Assembly: GCF_006345805.1 (NCBI RefSeq)
Contig: NC_043014.1
Location: 11,532,001-11,596,000 of the forward strand
DNA from: Octopus sinensis
Taxonomy: Eukaryota
Length of the DNA: 64,000 nt
Direction of reading: 5' to 3'
Each line of letters starts with the position of its first letter. Positions within the stretch are counted from its first letter, which is position 1. A model generated the notes under the pieces. It saw only the letters and a list, made by a program, of their open reading frames with translations, had not been told where the DNA came from and made no database searches. The position numbers were made by a program, and so were the translations under genes. Below, in pieces: positions 58,799 to 64,000 of this stretch.

Positions 58799-61700
58799 GT
58801 AAGGTGCAGACCCAGGGTAAGCATTGACTATAACATAGCAGCTATCTGCAGCGTCTGTCTTGCTAAAACTGCTACAAAACTTTAGTCTAAAATAGAAAGT
58901 TCAGTAAGGTTGCCACTTGTTAAACTACCTGTGACTGTTGTTAAGTCCATCACTGATTGAGTTACGCAAGTGGGTGTATGTATTCTTGAGCAGCATGTCT
59001 CTTGCCAATACATGTATTCACTTGCCGATTTCCCATCAGTGACAAAGGACTGATTGTATTGTTTTAAATGTTAAACGAGAAACACAATTTTTATTTTTCT
59101 GTTGTCACCCAGGACTGGAGTCGGCTAGCCAAGGTCTACTTTTCCCATTTACTGAAGATCTTCAATGTTGCCCACTGAGACTACTACTAAGAGACTACAG
59201 TGACTTCACGCTCATTATAATCTCGCCTCTAGTCCGAGGCAAGATTATATAGCTTCTTCTAAAATTCAACCAGCACCTTCACTGATTGCAGGCCAGGTTT
59301 GTGCATCTGACAAGCATCAATGCTGAAGTGGGATTTTGGTGAAGTAGTGGCATCCACCTGTTATTCACTTGACTATTACCAGCATCATATACCAGATATG
59401 TGACGGCATTGGTAACATTAAACTATGAATCAGACAATTTTTTATTAGAAAATGGTAAATTTTCAGATAAAAAAAAAAAATTGAAGAAAATTTGACAAGA
59501 ACAAATGCTTAATTGTGTTTATAGCTCAATTACATTTGAGTACATTTACCCACCTTTTTATTTTTTTTCAATGCTTTTAATTAACGAGGTTAAAAGCAAC
59601 AAAAGAAATTACATTTTAGATGTAGATCCTAAGGCAATTACTGCGACAGAATATAGTTTAAGGTCCATTTTATTGTAGTAGCATTAATAGCTTTTTTTAT
59701 AGATATTAATTACATACATTTGAATTGTTGGAATAAATAGCAACTATTTTTTATTCTGCGAAAATTTCCTTACATCAACTGTTCAAACATAAATAAGATC
59801 AACTCGTTTTCATATGAAACTAAGGCTAGATGGATAGTTGTGCTTTAATTAGGGGCAGGCACAGCAAAATGGCCGATAAGAAATTTGAAAGGATTGTCTT
59901 GCAGCCAATTGGTTTAGAAAATGTGATATACTGATATTTATATTTTTATAACTTCAAGCTTGTTGGAATTCCATATAATTAAATGGTTAACTTAAATATT
60001 TGATCTTCTGCTATTTTCCGCATTTTTATAACACAAAAAGAAAACATTGCTTCTAATTTAAAGTTTAAAGTATTGAGGAATATTATTTAAGGATTTTTTT
60101 TACTAGTTACTGATTTGTTTTTAAGTGAAAAATAGCAATGTGTTAAATAATATTTGCAAATAATAGTAATGATAGTAACTATGATAACAACGAAAACTAT
60201 GAAATATACGAAATAATAACTATGAAATATACGAAATATTCCCACATATATTTTTTCAACGTTGCTCCCTTTTTTTTTAAGTGGAATCAAATATTCAAAA
60301 TGGGAGAAAAAAAAAAATTGCAAGCTATATTTATAACTACAATATTTTACAATAATAACTTAGTCAATATTTCTACCGGCATATATTGATAAATATAAAA
60401 AAAAATTCAGGTTTTAAAGAATTAGGTTGAAAAGGATTCATTTTGTTATAAGAAAAAAAAAAAAAATTGCGACTCATGAATATCTTTAAAAAAAAATAAT
60501 TGATTGGTAAGTATTACTGGATTTTTTTAAAATTATAAATAGGGTTTTAGATAGGGAAATAATTTGAACTAATGTAAAACGCGAATGTTTTGATGTTAAA
60601 GTTAAACTTTATAATTTTTGTTGTTAAACTCACAATGTGTCTATCAGAGTAGGTTACTAGCTACTGTTTGTTGTTCACAAATGATTTTTAATTAGAAATA
60701 TCTATTTTATTCCTATTACTCAAGCATCTTTGCAGTTTCTAAATTCTCTTTTTTGAATCTCTATATTTTCTTTCTACTATCTTAGCTCCTTATTAGAGAG
60801 TTTTTTCCTAAAATATTTTTTTTTCTAATATTTCATTATATTTTTGTTACTGACTATTTTTTCTTATACTTTGTTTTAAAGAAAATTTTATCGTGGAACA
60901 TCAATTAAAGTTTTTAAACAAGAAGAGAAAGAAATTCTGGTTGTCTAAAATGGGCTCCTAAGAAGTTAGATCGCTATTTAAGTCCATGCAACAAACTTAT
61001 CAAATATATATTGAGGAAATTCATACATTAATATAAAACAACAAATTAATTGTTATTTTAGATTCTCATTTTTTTTAATAAATTCTTTTAGTTATAATCT
61101 AAGTATATTTTATGTGCATCTGTAGAAAGTTTTTTTTTTTTGTTTCATCTTTGTTCTTGGTATTTTATTTATTATTTTTTTAAATTTTGTTTCACCAAAT
61201 ATCTTTGCTAGAACTAATTCATTAGTTAGAATAAAAGCTAGACATTATTCAAGGCATAAATATTTATTATATACATCTGATATTTATTAATTAACGGATT
61301 CTTTCCATTTCGTTACTGTTTTCATTTTTTTTTTTTTTATGTGGTAAAAGATGTCTTATTTGTATGACACACCACATCTGTCGAAGACATATGTAGTAAG
61401 ACAGAGTGAAAGAGAGAGGGAGAGAGAGAGAGTGTGTGTATGTGTGTGTGTGTGTGTTATTTTTCTACTTCAAACAGACAAATTGCTAATTTTATTTAAT
61501 TTTATTTATGAAAATATTTTCAAAATTCATATAATTGAATTCCAAAATATTTTTCATAAATATACATTAACTTCAATATCTGTATCTGTTTTGTCTCTTT
61601 GGTTGTTATGTAGACTGATTATTTTAATACAACTAAAAGATATTCTTATACCAAGACAAAAAGAAAATTGTAAAATATATTTATTTTGTTATTTAATTCA

Positions 61701-62169
61701 AAATACATATATATATTTATTTTGTTATTTAATTCAAAAGAAATGTATTTTTCTACGCCGATTAAAAAAAATGAGTTATTTTTGTAAAAGAATTTGTTAT
61801 TTTTTTAAAAAATTTTATTGTAAAAATTTACTATTTTGATGCCTGTAAAATTATTATCCAAGTTGTCTGCATTGAAGCTAAACAAGGCTTTTTATACTTG
61901 TAAGCTTCACTGTAAATTCTCTCTTCAATAAATGTTCCTTATGAGGAAAAGTTTTATTTGAATCATTTTTCATTGAAAAACTTTTAAGAATGATATAAAA
62001 AAAAAAAAAAGAGAAACATTTTTATCCTAAGTCTGGCTTGAGATATTTCATCTTTGGGATACTTTTGTATCTTGTTAGGTAAGTGATGGTTTGTTTGTGT
62101 TCGCTGGCAAGCAAGAAGTAAGCCAGCTCAGTCAATTAAATCTGAGATGTTCGAATATTTAGTGGAATT

Positions 62170-62463
62170 AATGTTGATATACATATATATATATATATAT
62201 GTTATATATTTATATATGGTATATATACTATATATGTATATATATGTGTGTGTGTATGTGTTATATTGTGTGAGTATATATATTTATATATATAATATAT
62301 ATAGTATATATATATACATATATATATATAAAATATACAGTATATATTTATAATATACTATATATTATACAACATATATATATATGTTATACTACGTATA
62401 TACATATTTATATATATTATTATATATATATCTATTATATATATATGTATATATATATGTATG

Positions 62464-62492
<29 letters not shown>
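62170..62492. repeat. Degenerate (TA)n tract
   Basis: Direct inspection. Confidence 0.9.
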
Positions 62493-62494
<2 letters not shown>

Positions 62495-64000
62495 CTTTTC
62501 TGTCTTTTTTCTCTCTCATATTTTTATTTGACAGACGCTCAATGCAGATGATTTCAGCAGCTGTCAGTATGTTTGGTCAATGTTTCCAAGGGGAACTACT
62601 TTCACGTCCACTGTGTTATAAGCTGCTGCTGCCTCCTTGCTCCTTGCTCTCCTACCATTGTTCCTTGCCATTCATACATTTTAAAAATAAATATTCCAAT
62701 TCCGTATAGCTACTGTTTGCAACTGACTCTCATCCGTGGTCATATCGGTACCATCTTTAGATTCGTTTGTCGGTTGCAAATAAGCAGCTTGCTGAATGGT
62801 GTTACATGAATATAATAAAGAAATCTCATTTTGTGAATTGTAGTTTATTAAAGTATAAATTGCATCACATGTGCACACAACACACATACAGACACATACA
62901 GACATACACTCATTACATTTATTATCTTAACATTAAGCTTCTTTTACAATATTTAATGAAATCTGGTTCATTTGGCTCTAATTGTGTCACTAAATTAATT
63001 ATTTTTGCATCTTTTCTCTTTGCTGTATAATTTACCTTTTGAAATTTTTAAACGAGATTTTTAATAATCTAAAAAATTCTTTCAAAGAATCATATGTAAA
63101 TGTTTTTTCTGAAATTAATAACGAAATTTGTATTTTTTTTCTTATTACCTGGAACTTGCGTGATTAAAAACAATGATTTTTATTTCTAAGGGTTTTCAAC
63201 CCAGTATCTATATGCTATTATTTATAGCTTTATCTACTTCGAGTTCCACAGTTTAAAATGAATTATTTCACATTCTCTCGAAGTTTCTAAATTCTTGTGA
63301 TATATATTATAACTTAGTTAAAATATATAATTCAATAGTTAAATTACAAATAAAATCATAATTGAAGGATTTAGTTAATTTTTCTATTAGTAATTAATTA
63401 TATTTGAGATCTGATAATTAAACTTACTTTCTGGTACAGGTAAGTTATTAGATCAAAATTATATACAACTATATATAATTTTTTTTTATTAATAAAAAAA
63501 AAAGAAACAAAATATATTTGTTTGTTTAGCTTCATAGAACAATAGATAATATAGTGAATATTTCTGAAGAATCTGTTTCTCTGATTATTTAACTATTTCA
63601 TTATTAACAGGGATAAAAAAACTGGTTTGCAAAAAAAGCAGAAATGAAAAAAGGAAAAAGAGAACACTTAGAATTAGCATTTGAATCATTTTGTTTTTAA
63701 AGACATGGATTATATTTTTACAATAATAATGATTTTCAGCAATAGTTTTAAGGGTCAGATTTGTTCTATGTGCTTATAATGATTTCATTATGGACAAACA
63801 TACAGACTTAGAAGGTTTCAGGTGCTGGTCTGTCCATTTCCATCAGTAGTTTCCAGACCTCTCACCAAGACTTATCATCCGAGTAAGTATGCTGTCAATG
63901 TCCAAGGTTGATGTCTGTCATTAATTTGTTTGAAGATGATTGAAACTCTTTTTTCTGAAAATTGTTTATTCTCATTATTATTATTATTATCATTATTATT

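Noticed and set aside
63822-63882. CYHR1 exon 3 (good GTAAGT donor)
   Set aside because: The required phase hits a stop and no frame resembles the expected CKYxRIGCPW segment.

Overview
Repeat-saturated, AT-rich metazoan DNA. The SINE families and microsatellite load look like an octopus genome; this is from recall and not verified. One protein-coding gene is clear: a CYHR1/ZFTRAF1 orthologue on the + strand. Its coding exon 1 is 43802-44020 and exon 2 is 58560-58798, with a 14.5-kb first intron; exon 3 was not found in the window. Intron 1 holds a tRNA-Lys(CUU) gene. A 100-N gap sits 147 bp before the ATG, so the left 43.5 kb may not be contiguous with the gene. Two weak orphan exon candidates lie in the first 10 kb. 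The rest is three tRNA-derived SINE families, Helitron, mariner, rosa, piggyBac-like and GGATC-ended MITEs, RTE/RTEX/R4-like LINE remnants, a solo LTR and large microsatellites. No CRISPR array or prokaryotic system is supported. The most unusual signals are these. (1) Seven hammerhead-ribozyme motifs, apparently Penelope-like in origin; two have canonical cores, two mark the outer ends of an ~840-bp inverted duplication, and four lie in the CYHR1 intron. (2) SINEs expanded into one-head tandem arrays of 2, 4 and 13 units. (3) A foldback, minisatellite and 288-bp repeat complex at 36-38.8 kb. (4) Two cases of an element restarting after copying ~190 bp of nearby DNA. All folding and alignment was done by eye.
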